Below are positions 44,894 to 54,873 of a DNA stretch of 64,000 nucleotides, piece by piece (position 1 is the stretch's first letter; each line of letters opens with the position of its first letter). A model generated the notes under the pieces. It worked only from the letters and a program-made list of their open reading frames with translations, had not been told where the DNA came from and did no database searches. The DNA is from a virus: the IMG/VR virus record IMGVR_UViG_3300045391_005035; one strand, written 5' to 3'. The position numbers and the translations under genes are program-made.

Positions 44894-45120
44894 TCAAGCT
44901 GCTTCTCGACTGTGACGGCCTACTGCACGCGACGTGGTGCCGTGCGGTGACCGCCGCCAATGTGGACGATCCCGACCTGTGCGACTGCAACCCGTGCAGC
45001 TGCTGCGAGGGAGCGGGCCACGTCATCAACGAAGAGGGTCAGGAAGAGACCTGCGGCCAGTGCGGAGGCAACCCGCACCGCCGTCAGCCACCGCGCGGCA
45101 GCTACGGTTCGAACCGCTAG
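44890..45120 (+). CDS. Small Cys-rich protein (CxxCxGxG-type)
   Basis: CSCCEGAG...CGQCGG. Confidence 0.55.
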   Translation: MIKLLLDCDGLLHATWCRAVTAANVDDPDLCDCNPCSCCEGAGHVINEEGQEETCGQCGGNPHRRQPPRGSYGSNR

Positions 45121-45283
45121 GGAGACGTCATGAAGATCAAGCTCGGTCGCTGGTACATCGCGCTCGCGGTCTACGTCCCGGGCCACCAGCAGCCCGCATG
45201 CGCTGGCTTCGGATTGCGCGGCTCGGAAGAGCGCGCTCGGTCCGTTGCCATCGCTCTCGCCACCAGCCTCCAGGAGACCCGGG

Positions 45284-45631
45284 ATGACGCGCGAACATGA
45301 TGACGACGAATACGAAGGACCGCTGCTGCTCGGCATGATCGGCGAGTACGATCGCGAACAGCGGTCGCTCATCCGCACTCTGCGCGAGCGCGTCAAGGAG
45401 CTGGAGATCGAGAACCGGCGCCTCGGAGGTGACGCGCTGGCGACCGCGCAGGCGTCGACCAGGAGCCTGCTCAACAGCATCCTGTCCGGCGCGATCTCCA
45501 AGCCGCTCTCCCGCGAGGAGCAGATCAAACGTCTGCGCGCGATCTTCGACGCGGGGATGGTCTGCGAAGGTCGCTGCGAACATCCGCCTACCGACGACGA
45601 ACTGCTCGAAATGTGGGAGCAGGGCACGTGA
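45284..45631 (+). CDS. Hypothetical coiled-coil protein
   Basis: AGGAG RBS. Confidence 0.55.
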   Translation: MTREHDDDEYEGPLLLGMIGEYDREQRSLIRTLRERVKELEIENRRLGGDALATAQASTRSLLNSILSGAISKPLSREEQIKRLRAIFDAGMVCEGRCEHPPTDDELLEMWEQGT

Positions 45632-45767
45632 AAGAGAACAAGGACGAGTCGTTCTACGCGGGCATCCTGCGGCAGGGCGCTCAGGCACTCGGCGGATGGG
45701 ACAAGCTCCGCGCTCTGCTCGACAAGCTCGCGGCCGAGGACACGGAGAAGAAGGCGCGAGGTGCACG

Positions 45768-46409
45768 ATGAGCCTCTGCATCGGCCACTTCTTGCTCGTG
45801 ACGGAGCCCGACGGATCCGTCACCGTCTACGACGAGAGCCTCTCCGAGGAGGAGATCGAGCAGCGCGAGGAAGACGGCGACGACCCGTGGGTGTTCAGCG
45901 GATCGATGCGCGACGCTCGGGCGTTCGTCTACGACGAGCTGGGCGAACCAGACCCAGACCTCGACCCCGACGAGCCGTGTGAACGCGTCGCGCAGAGCAA
46001 GCCGTGCGGCGAGTGCCCGTTCCGACGCAAGGCTGCTCCCGGCTGGCTCGGCGCCTCAGATCCCGAGGGTTTCGTCGGGACGATGATCACCGAGCGGGAA
46101 CCGCTCCCGTGTCACTCGACCATCAACTACGAGCGCGACGACTGGCACGAGCAGTGGCTCGCCAGCTCGAATCCGCGACACAAGCTCTGTGCTGGAGCGC
46201 TCACGCTCATGGCGAACGAAGGGAAGAGGCCGCGCACCGGCCCCTCGAAAGATCGCGACACGAAGGCCGTGTTCGCGAGCTACCGCGAGTTCGTCGAGCA
46301 CCACCGTGGGTCCAGCGTGCAGTCCTGGACAGACCCGGCCCCGGGCACTGCCGAGCGTGCCGGGCTCGACTGGGTACGTGACCGTCTCAAGCTCCCGACG
46401 CTCAAGTAA
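45768..46409 (+). CDS. DUF6283-like Cys-rich protein
   Basis: PCGECPFRR...PCHST...LCAGAL. Confidence 0.65.
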   Translation: MSLCIGHFLLVTEPDGSVTVYDESLSEEEIEQREEDGDDPWVFSGSMRDARAFVYDELGEPDPDLDPDEPCERVAQSKPCGECPFRRKAAPGWLGASDPEGFVGTMITEREPLPCHSTINYERDDWHEQWLASSNPRHKLCAGALTLMANEGKRPRTGPSKDRDTKAVFASYREFVEHHRGSSVQSWTDPAPGTAERAGLDWVRDRLKLPTLK

Positions 46410-46417
46410 GGACGACC

Positions 46418-47065
46418 ATGAAGCGCTACACCGCTCTCTTCGAGGAGGTTCGTGTCCTTCTCGCTGCGCACTTCGAGCCGGGCGGCTCGTTGGCGGAGAC
46501 CATCATCGAGATCGACGAGGAGCCCGGCGGTTACCACCGCGAGCGGATCCGTATCCGCCCGCGCGACGCCGCCGAGAAACACGCGTACGCAACCATGCTC
46601 GGCGAAAAGGGCTACCAGGATCGCGTCGACATGCAGTCACGCGCATGGCAGCGCGCCAAGCTCTTCAAGAAGCTCCGCCCAGCCACCCGGCTCGCCGATG
46701 CGTTTCGTGTCGCCGCCCTCGACGGCATCGCGTACAGCAATGCGCGCCGGGTGATCGTGGCCGAGAACAAGCGCCTCCTTGCGATCGCCTCGCGGCTTCT
46801 CACCGAAGCCGGCATCCCCCACGCGAACACCATCGATCCACACACGTCCGGCGAGGTGAAGCCGCGCGTATACATCGGACCACCGGAGCCGCTCTCCCCT
46901 GGTCGCATCACGATGGAACGCAACACGCGGGACAAGATCTACTGCTGGCCCGAACACGCGGTCGAGGGCGCGCGAGCCCTGCTCGCGCTTAGCGATGCCA
47001 CCGCTGCGTTCGAGGACGCGCGACAGCGCCTCGCGCACGCAATACGGCCAGGGGACTCGACATGA
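46418..47065 (+). CDS. Hypothetical protein
   Basis: AAGGA RBS. Confidence 0.6.
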   Translation: MKRYTALFEEVRVLLAAHFEPGGSLAETIIEIDEEPGGYHRERIRIRPRDAAEKHAYATMLGEKGYQDRVDMQSRAWQRAKLFKKLRPATRLADAFRVAALDGIAYSNARRVIVAENKRLLAIASRLLTEAGIPHANTIDPHTSGEVKPRVYIGPPEPLSPGRITMERNTRDKIYCWPEHAVEGARALLALSDATAAFEDARQRLAHAIRPGDST

Positions 47066-47403
47066 GCGACGCCGACAACTTCCTGAACGCGCTCCGTTCG
47101 ATCGACGGCACGCGCGAGACGCCACAGCACTGCCGCGGCTGGCTCCGCGACATGCAGAAGCGAGGTCTCATCAGCAAGGACGCGGCGGGCGTCACGCACC
47201 TGACCGCCGAGGGTCGCCTTCGCGCGTTCCCGCAGTATGGCGCGCTGCGCATCACCCGCGAGCGAGTGAACGACGCGATCTACAACGAAGGCCGCGGCCT
47301 CTCGACCTCCGCGAACGTCTACAAGACCTTTGCGGCGCGCGATTCGCGCCGATCGCTCTGGTACACGCCCGAGTACGCCAAGACGATCGCGAGGCCGAAG
47401 TGA
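47062..47403 (+). CDS. Hypothetical protein (possibly winged helix)
   Basis: LRDMQKRGLI...HLTAEG. Confidence 0.55.
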   Translation: MSDADNFLNALRSIDGTRETPQHCRGWLRDMQKRGLISKDAAGVTHLTAEGRLRAFPQYGALRITRERVNDAIYNEGRGLSTSANVYKTFAARDSRRSLWYTPEYAKTIARPK

Positions 47404-47849
47404 CATCCGCCGCTCGCAAGGCTGCCGTCCGCGAGACCGCGACCACGCTCTGCGCCATCGACAAGATGGTCGACGAGTGGACCTCGCTCGCGGACACCAC
47501 CGCGCCGTCCACGATGACGGCCGATCAGATCGAAGCGACGCGCATGACGCTCGACGAGCTGATTTTGCGCGCCAGAGCGGCGTCGCTCGCGCTGCGTGAG
47601 CTGAAGTCGACGCTCGATCCCGACGCTCAGCGTCCATATAAGACCACCGTCGTCACCATCACGCTCGCGTTCACGGGCTCGGCGCGCGACGAAGCTGCGT
47701 CCGACCTCGACAACGTGCTCGACAACGGAACGTTCCAAGAGGCGATCGCCGAGTACGCAGCCGACCACGATCACGACTACGAACTGATCAGCGCGCTCGT
47801 CACCGAGACCGGTGAGGAGCTGCGAAGAGACCTGCGAAGAGACCGATGA
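47400..47849 (+). CDS. Hypothetical protein
   Basis: GTGA overlap. Confidence 0.55.
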   Translation: MTSAARKAAVRETATTLCAIDKMVDEWTSLADTTAPSTMTADQIEATRMTLDELILRARAASLALRELKSTLDPDAQRPYKTTVVTITLAFTGSARDEAASDLDNVLDNGTFQEAIAEYAADHDHDYELISALVTETGEELRRDLRRDR

Positions 47850-48253
47850 ACATCGACGAACATCAAGCACCGACGACCGCGACGCTGGACGAAGCGCTGC
47901 GGTACGTTCGCGTGTGGAACACGGTGCTCCAGCGCGCGAAGCAGCAGGGCGACCCCACGCGTGAGATCGCCGGCCTGCTCGGGCTCGACCGGGCGCGTGA
48001 GATCGCGCGTCGCGCTCTCGACAGGCACATGGACGCAGGGGCCGATGCTCTCGTGCCACCGACGGCGACCGAGACCTGCGAGCTGTGCGCTGCCGAACAC
48101 GAGACCGACTACGGCCGTGTCATCGCGTTCCTCGAACGCGCCAAGATCTCCATGCAATCCCGCGGCGGTGACGAACTCGTCACGCCGCACGCTGTGTACG
48201 TGTTCAACCAGCGCGGCGAGCTGACCGACATCCAGCCGAAGGAGCAGACGTGA
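47846..48253 (+). CDS. Hypothetical protein
   Basis: ATGA overlap. Confidence 0.55.
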   Translation: MNIDEHQAPTTATLDEALRYVRVWNTVLQRAKQQGDPTREIAGLLGLDRAREIARRALDRHMDAGADALVPPTATETCELCAAEHETDYGRVIAFLERAKISMQSRGGDELVTPHAVYVFNQRGELTDIQPKEQT

Positions 48254-49494
48254 CCAAGCGAGCATCGAAACCCACCGCCGCCAGCGATGATCCCGCTTCG
48301 CTGGCCAAGCAGCTCCGCCGAACCACCGACGCCGACCGCGGTGGCGCCCGTGAAGCGGCCGAAACGGTGGTCGCGCTCGCGATCCAGGCGCGCATCCCCG
48401 TCTTCATCTACAGCGAACCCGGCACCGGTAAGAGCGCCACGACGCGAGCGCTCGTCGAGGAGCTTCGCGAGACGCTGCACACGATCATGCTCTCGACGCG
48501 CGAGCCCACAGACCAGGGAGGTCTGCCCGGGGTGTTCGAAGAGCGCGGCGAGAAGCTCGTGCGTCTCATCCCGCCGGGCTGGGCGCGCGACATCATCCGT
48601 GCCGGACACGGCGTCGTGCTCTTCGACGAGATCACGAACGCGACGCCGCAGGTCATGAACAGCGGCCTGCGCGTCATCCAGGAAGGCGTCGTGGGCGACG
48701 GTGACAAGCTGCCGGAGCGCACGAGCTTCGTCGTCGCAGGCAACCCGCCCGAGACGAACGTCGGGGCCAACGACATCACGGCTGGCTTTGCGAACCGCTG
48801 CCTGCACGTCGCATGGCCGTTCGAGTACGCGCGCTACCGCATCGGGATGTTGACGCGCTGGAAGAACGTGGGACGGCCGGCGGTTCCGATCCTCCCGGAG
48901 AACTGGCGCGACGAGATTCCGGCGATGTGCGCGCTCGTGATCGCGTTCCTCGACACGCGGCAGGATCTCGCTCAGAAGCAGCCGGACGACATCGCCGAGC
49001 AGGGCAAGGCGTGGCCCAGCGGGCGCACGTGGGAGCTGACCGCGTTCATGCTCGCGGCAGCGAAGGTCGCCGGCTACGACCCGAAGTCGACCGTCGGGCG
49101 ACTGATCGTTCGCGGGCTCGTCGGCGAGGCTGCTCAGACGCAGTGGTCGGCGTGGATCGCGACCATGGACCTCCCGTCGACCGACGACGTACTCGCGAAC
49201 GCGGCGACCATCGAGATGCCGACTCGACAGGATCGCCTGATGACGATCCTCACGGGCATCGTGCGCTACGTCGCCGAGCATCGCGACGTCGAGACGTACA
49301 TGAGAGCCTGGACGTTCGTAAACCGCGTGATGCGCGAGGACCCGAGTATCGCGATCCCTACCGTGCGCGACCTCGGGGCGCTCATGCCGCCCGGCGCCGA
49401 CCAGAAGAGCGGCACACCCTTCCACCAGGGTCTACTTATGAGCAAGGAGCATCTCCGCAGCTCGAAGGTCGACTACGGAAGCGCGAGAACATGA
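48250..49494 (+). CDS. MoxR-family AAA+ ATPase
   Basis: SEPGTGKS Walker A; VLFDE Walker B; AGNP; FANR; PSGRTWE. Confidence 0.9.
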   Translation: MTKRASKPTAASDDPASLAKQLRRTTDADRGGAREAAETVVALAIQARIPVFIYSEPGTGKSATTRALVEELRETLHTIMLSTREPTDQGGLPGVFEERGEKLVRLIPPGWARDIIRAGHGVVLFDEITNATPQVMNSGLRVIQEGVVGDGDKLPERTSFVVAGNPPETNVGANDITAGFANRCLHVAWPFEYARYRIGMLTRWKNVGRPAVPILPENWRDEIPAMCALVIAFLDTRQDLAQKQPDDIAEQGKAWPSGRTWELTAFMLAAAKVAGYDPKSTVGRLIVRGLVGEAAQTQWSAWIATMDLPSTDDVLANAATIEMPTRQDRLMTILTGIVRYVAEHRDVETYMRAWTFVNRVMREDPSIAIPTVRDLGALMPPGADQKSGTPFHQGLLMSKEHLRSSKVDYGSART

Positions 49495-49877
49495 CGAGGC
49501 GGAAGACGGCGAAGCCGGCGGAGCCACCTCTGGCCCCAGCTCCGACGACCTGCGTCTACGAGGTCCCGGGCGAGGGCCGATGCCGCCGCCCGATCGAGAA
49601 GTACGAGCATTGCTCCAAGCACCTCGCGGAGAGCCCGCAGGAGCGCTCGAACCAGACGACGCTCCTGAGCGCGCTCCAGACGGCGCGAACTCGCCGCGAC
49701 GACTTCGGCCAACGACTGCTCGATCTCTACGTTGTGCTCTCCGACGGCTCGACGCCGATCCCAGACGACCTTCAGCGCGAGTACCGCGCACTGTGGCACC
49801 GGCACCAGTACATCAAGACGGTGCGTGACAGCCGGCGCGTCGGTGACGAGCTGCCGGCAGAAGTGACGATGCGATGA
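49491..49877 (+). CDS. Hypothetical protein (C..C..C..H)
   Basis: Coupled ORF. Confidence 0.55.
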   Translation: MTRRKTAKPAEPPLAPAPTTCVYEVPGEGRCRRPIEKYEHCSKHLAESPQERSNQTTLLSALQTARTRRDDFGQRLLDLYVVLSDGSTPIPDDLQREYRALWHRHQYIKTVRDSRRVGDELPAEVTMR

Positions 49878-50119
49878 CCCTGCGATCTCAGTCGTGCGGA
49901 CATTCGTGGAAGCCGATTCCCACCTGGGGAGGACGCTACCGGTGCGAGTGGTGCGGCGCGCTCGCGTTCCGGAAGCTCGTCGATCGCGTGCATCCGGGCA
50001 AGAACTCGCTCAACGATCGGCTCCAGGTATACAGGTGCCGAAAATGCGACGAGCCGGCAGTCGTTTACGACAAGCTGGACGGCGGTCGCTGTCGTGTGCA
50101 CGCGGAGAGTGTGGCGTGA
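49874..50119 (+). CDS. Zn-finger protein
   Basis: CGH..CEWC..CRKC..CRVH. Confidence 0.6.
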   Translation: MTLRSQSCGHSWKPIPTWGGRYRCEWCGALAFRKLVDRVHPGKNSLNDRLQVYRCRKCDEPAVVYDKLDGGRCRVHAESVA

Positions 50120-51444
50120 TCTACGAGAAGGCAGAGCGGAAGCTCCGCGAAGCTCGCACGCGTCTGACGTTCGCGCGACCGTATTACGCCTCGGGCGCGC
50201 ACGCGATGCGGCTGCTCGTGACGCCTGAGGTCCCCTCGCTCGCCGTAGACGAGTGGTGGCGCCTGTACGCGAACCCCGGCTGGGTCGAACGCTACGACGT
50301 CGGGCAGGTCGCGACCGGTCTTTCTCACGAGCTGCAACACCTTCTGCTCGATCACGGCGGACGAGCACGCCGCTGCGGCGTAACCGCGGCGACCATGGAC
50401 ACGTGGAACGGCGAAGCGGCCGATCCCGACATCAACGACGGGCTGTGCGCCGACTGCAAGAGCTGCACGCCGCCCCTCCCGCTGCTACCGGCCGAGTGGT
50501 GTGCGCTTCCCGAGCACTTCGGGCTGCCGGACGGTCGCGTCGCCGAATGGTACTTCGCCGAACGCATGCAGGTGCGTCGCGAGGCCATGCGTCACGCGAG
50601 CGCCGGCGACACCAAGAAGAACGGCGGCGCCGGCAATGGCGGTCGTGGTCGAGAGGGAGACGGAGCGGGGGCGAACGGAGCGATGCGTTTGCCCAACTTC
50701 GGCTGCGGTTCGGGCGCCACCGGGGTCGCGGCGCCATGGGAGGTCGGTTCGCCCGAGGAGAGCGGCGTGGACGGCCTCTCCGACGCGGACGCGCTCGATG
50801 TACGGCAACGGGTCGCCTCAGCCGTGAAGCAGCACGCGACGCAGCGAGGCCGCGGCTCGGTGCCGCTCGGGCTTCTCGAATGGTCGGACGAGCTACTGCG
50901 GCCTCGTCGGATCCCGTGGGAACACACCCTCGCGCACGCTCTCCGGCGCGCGAGCCACACGGTCGCGGGCGCAGTGCAGCACAGCTACGCGCGCACTTCG
51001 CGCCGTCAGGACGCGTTCCGCCCGTTCATCATGCCGGCGTACCGGCGTCCGGTGCCGAACGTCGTACTCGTGTCGGACACGTCGCTCTCGATGGCCGACC
51101 ACCGCAAGCTCGTGCGCGGCGTCGTGGACGACGCGTGTCGGAACCTTGGGGTGCCACTGCGCATGATCGACGTCGACTCCTCGGTGCACCGCGACGTGGT
51201 CGTCACCAGCGGCAAGAAGGCGGCGCAGCAGGGCGGGGGTGGCACGGACATGCGCGTGGGCATCGAGCGCGCGATGCAGCGGTCGAAGCCGGCGGACGCG
51301 ATCGTGGTCTGCACCGACTGCGGGACGCCGTGGCCGGCGCGCAAGCCGAAGGCGCTGGTCATCGTGGCAGCGGTCGGCGCAACAGAAACAGACATCGCAG
51401 CGGTTCCATCTTGGGCAACCGTGATCAGGGTAGAGGCAGCATGA
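50116..51444 (+). CDS. DUF2201-type metallopeptidase-like plus vWA domain protein (MoxR partner)
   Basis: HELQH (HExxH); DTSLSM MIDAS; GGGGTD; CTD. Confidence 0.85.
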   Translation: MIYEKAERKLREARTRLTFARPYYASGAHAMRLLVTPEVPSLAVDEWWRLYANPGWVERYDVGQVATGLSHELQHLLLDHGGRARRCGVTAATMDTWNGEAADPDINDGLCADCKSCTPPLPLLPAEWCALPEHFGLPDGRVAEWYFAERMQVRREAMRHASAGDTKKNGGAGNGGRGREGDGAGANGAMRLPNFGCGSGATGVAAPWEVGSPEESGVDGLSDADALDVRQRVASAVKQHATQRGRGSVPLGLLEWSDELLRPRRIPWEHTLAHALRRASHTVAGAVQHSYARTSRRQDAFRPFIMPAYRRPVPNVVLVSDTSLSMADHRKLVRGVVDDACRNLGVPLRMIDVDSSVHRDVVVTSGKKAAQQGGGGTDMRVGIERAMQRSKPADAIVVCTDCGTPWPARKPKALVIVAAVGATETDIAAVPSWATVIRVEAA

Positions 51445-52163
51445 AAGAGGGAAGCGTGAAGATCATCGCGTCGACAAAGATCGCCTGTCCGGTAGCCGGA
51501 TCCAAGCGCCACACGGTTACCATCACCGACGACGGCACGCTCCATTGCGACTGCCGCGACGCGGCCGAGCGCGGCGGCGCACTCGCCGGACGCATCATGC
51601 TCGGTCTGCCACCGACCGACGGCGCCCGCGGCTGCGGCGCGCTCGCGGCGCTCGTCGACGGTGCGAGCACGCTGCTGCCGCTCGTGCGCGGTACGCATCG
51701 GCCGAAGTACGGCGCCTGGGAGGAGCTGGTCTTCGCCTACTCGGGGAACCCGATCTTCCGCGCTGCGCTCGATCTCGCAGAGCGCATTCACGAGCCCACG
51801 CGAGCACCGGTCCGCAAACTCGTCACGGAATACGTCGAGCGCGCCAGCTATCGCCACTCGCTCGGCAAGCTCCGGTTCCGAGAGAGCCTCCGGGCGCTCT
51901 GGGACGTGCCCGTCAACGACGACCTCGACAAGTTCATCGTGAGCGCGTTCGACGACCAACCCTGGTCCGTGCCGTACATGCCTGGCTGGAAGGAGCAGAT
52001 CGCCGACATGGGGCTCGCCCTGGTCGACGGTAAGTTCGTGTGTGGTCGCTCGCCGGCTGACCCGAACATTCTCTACGCCATCGTCGAGCACGAGCACGGC
52101 GAAGCGCACTGGGTCCGTCCGCACAGGCTCGGGCGCGGCAAGCGCCTCAAGGAGATCGTATGA
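51441..52163 (+). CDS. Hypothetical protein
   Basis: ATGA overlap. Confidence 0.6.
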   Translation: MKEGSVKIIASTKIACPVAGSKRHTVTITDDGTLHCDCRDAAERGGALAGRIMLGLPPTDGARGCGALAALVDGASTLLPLVRGTHRPKYGAWEELVFAYSGNPIFRAALDLAERIHEPTRAPVRKLVTEYVERASYRHSLGKLRFRESLRALWDVPVNDDLDKFIVSAFDDQPWSVPYMPGWKEQIADMGLALVDGKFVCGRSPADPNILYAIVEHEHGEAHWVRPHRLGRGKRLKEIV

Positions 52164-52489
52164 TCCTGTTCTCGCTCGAATCCAAGCCGGAGAAGCGCGC
52201 CGATCGCCGCGGGGTCGAGGCTATTCTGTCGCGTAACTTCGTGAGCGTCAGCGTGCGACCGCTGCTGCCGCGGCTCTGGTCCATCTCGCTACGCCTCCAT
52301 AAGATCTCCAAACTGGAGTGGGCCGAGCAGGAGAAGTCCGGCCTACACGTCAGCACGCCGGACAGCGACGGATGGAACACGATCTACTACCGCCGCCCTG
52401 GCAGCCTCTACTACGGCCTCCTCGTCATCGGACGACGTCAGACGTGGTTCGAGAAGACCGCAGCCCGCACGCCGGAGGTTCGCGCATGA
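52160..52489 (+). CDS. Hypothetical protein
   Basis: AAGGAG RBS. Confidence 0.55.
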   Translation: MILFSLESKPEKRADRRGVEAILSRNFVSVSVRPLLPRLWSISLRLHKISKLEWAEQEKSGLHVSTPDSDGWNTIYYRRPGSLYYGLLVIGRRQTWFEKTAARTPEVRA

Positions 52490-52743
52490 AGACCGTCACC
52501 GACCTCTCCCCCGAGACGCGGCGCCTGCTGCGTTCTCTGCACGCGAAATACGCGGCGGAGAAGGCCAAGTACGATGCCGTCGTCAGCGCCGAGGAGACCG
52601 TCGTGCAAGCACTTCGCAGGGAGCGGATCCTCGCGCGCACCGGCATGGACGCCGCCTGGGACGCCCTCGGCGTGTACGCGCGCGAGCGCGAAATCACCGT
52701 GGAGCTGGCGCTCGCGGCAGTTGCCGCTGGGGATGGCGAATGA
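52486..52743 (+). CDS. Hypothetical protein
   Basis: GGAGG RBS. Confidence 0.55.
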   Translation: MKTVTDLSPETRRLLRSLHAKYAAEKAKYDAVVSAEETVVQALRRERILARTGMDAAWDALGVYAREREITVELALAAVAAGDGE

Positions 52744-53089
52744 CGTTCATTCGTCTGCGGGTGTCATCGTGACGCCGAAGCAGCGACGTCTGGCGCTCGC
52801 GGCGAAGCTCCTCGCGATCGTCGACTATCTCGACGAGAACCAGCGCGACAGCCGTCACGATCGCACGTTCATGATCGAGATCGGCGTCTCGTCCCGCCCT
52901 GGATGGTACGCAACCGTCGACCTGACCAACGGCTGGCTATGCAAGCCGAGCAAACGCGGGCGTCTCGCGTCGAACTGGGAGGACGGCTCGGGGCCACTCG
53001 GCAGCCGGCACTACCGCGCCGAATCGGCGCGGTCGGTGTCCGACGCGCTCTTGCGGCTCAAGGTGCCGCGCACGAGGAACCGAACATGA
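52733..53089 (+). CDS. Hypothetical protein
   Basis: Overlapping chain. Confidence 0.5.
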   Translation: MANDVHSSAGVIVTPKQRRLALAAKLLAIVDYLDENQRDSRHDRTFMIEIGVSSRPGWYATVDLTNGWLCKPSKRGRLASNWEDGSGPLGSRHYRAESARSVSDALLRLKVPRTRNRT

Positions 53090-53439
53090 AGAAGACACCC
53101 ATGCCCAGCGGTCACGACGAGTCTCCCATCGTTCGCGAGGCGCGCATTCTTGACAGCCACCGCGCGACCGCGCTCAGTCTGGCCGCGAGCGAAGCGAAGT
53201 GGCTCCGAAGACGAGTCGCCGATCTGTACGACGACATGTCCGATCCGCAGTCGATACACCACGCGAGCGCGATCGAGGTTGCCGGACACGTCGCTCGCCT
53301 CGACATGCACCTCGAACAGCTCAAGGAGCGCAACGCCGCGATGCGCCGGCTGCGGCTGCTGGCCGAAGCGCTCGACGTCACCGATCAGTGGCCGAAGGAA
53401 GTCGAGCTGCTCGTCGTTCTGAGGAGTGAGAAGAAGTAG
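53086..53439 (+). CDS. Hypothetical protein
   Basis: ATGA overlap. Confidence 0.55.
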   Translation: MKKTPMPSGHDESPIVREARILDSHRATALSLAASEAKWLRRRVADLYDDMSDPQSIHHASAIEVAGHVARLDMHLEQLKERNAAMRRLRLLAEALDVTDQWPKEVELLVVLRSEKK

Positions 53440-53441
53440 CC

Positions 53442-53639
53442 ATGCACGCGAAGATCGACCTCATGTTCGACAACGACGGCATCAGCGGTGAGCAGGCGGC
53501 GGCGCTCCTCCGCCGGCTCGCCCGGGACATCGAAGCGTACTCGGCCGAGGATCTGGTCGGGTACCGCGGCAGCGTGAGCACCGCGGATGGCGTCGCGCGA
53601 GCGGCGTTCTTCGCGGGTGAGGACAGCGAAGAGGACTGA
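53442..53639 (+). CDS. Small hypothetical protein
   Basis: AALLRRLARDIE; resembles the N-terminus of 44498. Confidence 0.55.
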   Translation: MHAKIDLMFDNDGISGEQAAALLRRLARDIEAYSAEDLVGYRGSVSTADGVARAAFFAGEDSEED

Positions 53640-53651
53640 AGGGAGAGGACG

Positions 53652-54389
53652 ATGCAGATCGCGAATCAGAAGAAGGCAGTGCGGCTCGAAGACAAGCTCA
53701 AGGAGGCCGAGGCGGCGCTCGTCGTTGCGCGGGCCGCGCTGGCGGCGAAGGAGGCGGAGATCGCCGACCAGCTCGCCGTCGCCGAGCGCGAGTACAAGGA
53801 GGCCGACGACAAGTGCGACCTCGCCAGCAAGACCCTGGAGCGGACGAAGGCGGAGGTGCAGAAGCGCCTCGGCCTGACACCGGCCGCGACGAGGAAGGCG
53901 GTGCTCGCGTGGGCCGGACTCGCGCCCGGCGAGGAGCACGAGGCGATCATCCGCGGTGAGAGCAAGATCCTCGACGAGGCGATCGCCCATCTCACGCGCT
54001 ACGTGGTCTCCCAGGACACCCGCGTGATCGCTGCGTCGAAGGCTTCCGATGCCGCGTACAAGGTGCGCTTGGCGAAGGGCAACGTGAAGTCGGCGCTCGA
54101 CCGTGAGGTGTGGAATGAAGAGCGGCGCGTCTCCCAGCTCGAACAGGAGATCAAGAGCATTCGCGATCGTATCGACGAGCGCGACATCAACAAGAAGTTG
54201 CAGGCAGAGGATCCGAAGAAGGCGCCGGTCTCGAAGGAAGACCAGGCGCGCTTCGTCGAAGCTCGTCGTCGCCTCACGCTCGCCGCGAACGGACGCGAAC
54301 GCGGCTCATGGTCGTCGAGCTGGCACAACGAAGGGGCGAAGGCGAAGCTCGATCCGCCGTTCGTCTGGCCGCCGAAGGAGGCGAAGTAG
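53652..54389 (+). CDS. Coiled-coil hypothetical protein
   Basis: Heptad-rich; GAGAGGA RBS. Confidence 0.65.
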   Translation: MQIANQKKAVRLEDKLKEAEAALVVARAALAAKEAEIADQLAVAEREYKEADDKCDLASKTLERTKAEVQKRLGLTPAATRKAVLAWAGLAPGEEHEAIIRGESKILDEAIAHLTRYVVSQDTRVIAASKASDAAYKVRLAKGNVKSALDREVWNEERRVSQLEQEIKSIRDRIDERDINKKLQAEDPKKAPVSKEDQARFVEARRRLTLAANGRERGSWSSSWHNEGAKAKLDPPFVWPPKEAK

Positions 54390-54391
54390 CA

Positions 54392-54610
54392 GTGGGCGGC
54401 AAAGCGCGGGCACCGTCGAAGGACGTGCGCGAGCTGATTCGCACCGTCGAGCGCGAAGGCTGCGAGGTCGAGCGCCTCGGCTCCGGCCACTTCCGCATTA
54501 GCCGGCCGGGCCACCCGGACACGGTCACTCTGAGCGGCACCGCGACGTCCAGCGGCGTCCAGTACGACACGCGAAAGAAGATCCGCATCCTTCTCGGGGT
54601 AACCGTGTAG
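54392..54610 (+). CDS. HicA-like (dsRBD-fold) toxin protein
   Basis: KDVRELIRTVEREGCEVERLGSGHFRISRP; no adjacent HicB recognised. Confidence 0.65.
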   Translation: MGGKARAPSKDVRELIRTVEREGCEVERLGSGHFRISRPGHPDTVTLSGTATSSGVQYDTRKKIRILLGVTV

Positions 54611-54612
54611 CT

Positions 54613-54873
54613 ATGGCGACCAAGAAGCGACAGACGAGCATCAATCACTGGGGCTACGAGGTCATCCAGGTCGGCAAAGGCGGCGCGGCGGCTGGCAACC
54701 ACCGTCGCGGCATCACCGGCATCCGCTTCGGCAACAAGAAGGCGGCGCTCGTCGCGGCGGCCAAGGCGTGCGGCGAGTGCGAGACGTGGCGCGTGGTCGA
54801 GATCCCACCCGGCGAGCCACTGGACTACGATGGCCACGTCGTCGGAGAAGTGACGATCGAAAGGCTCATGTGA
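54613..54873 (+). CDS. Hypothetical protein
   Basis: In-operon ORF. Confidence 0.55.
   Translation: MATKKRQTSINHWGYEVIQVGKGGAAAGNHRRGITGIRFGNKKAALVAAAKACGECETWRVVEIPPGEPLDYDGHVVGEVTIERLM

Noticed and set aside
48250-49494. Genome-packaging ATPase
   Set aside because: Motifs and vWA partner identify it as MoxR AAA+, located in the early arm
54392-54873. Complete HicAB toxin-antitoxin pair
   Set aside because: Neither neighbour shows a recognisable HicB pattern; left as an orphan HicA-like gene
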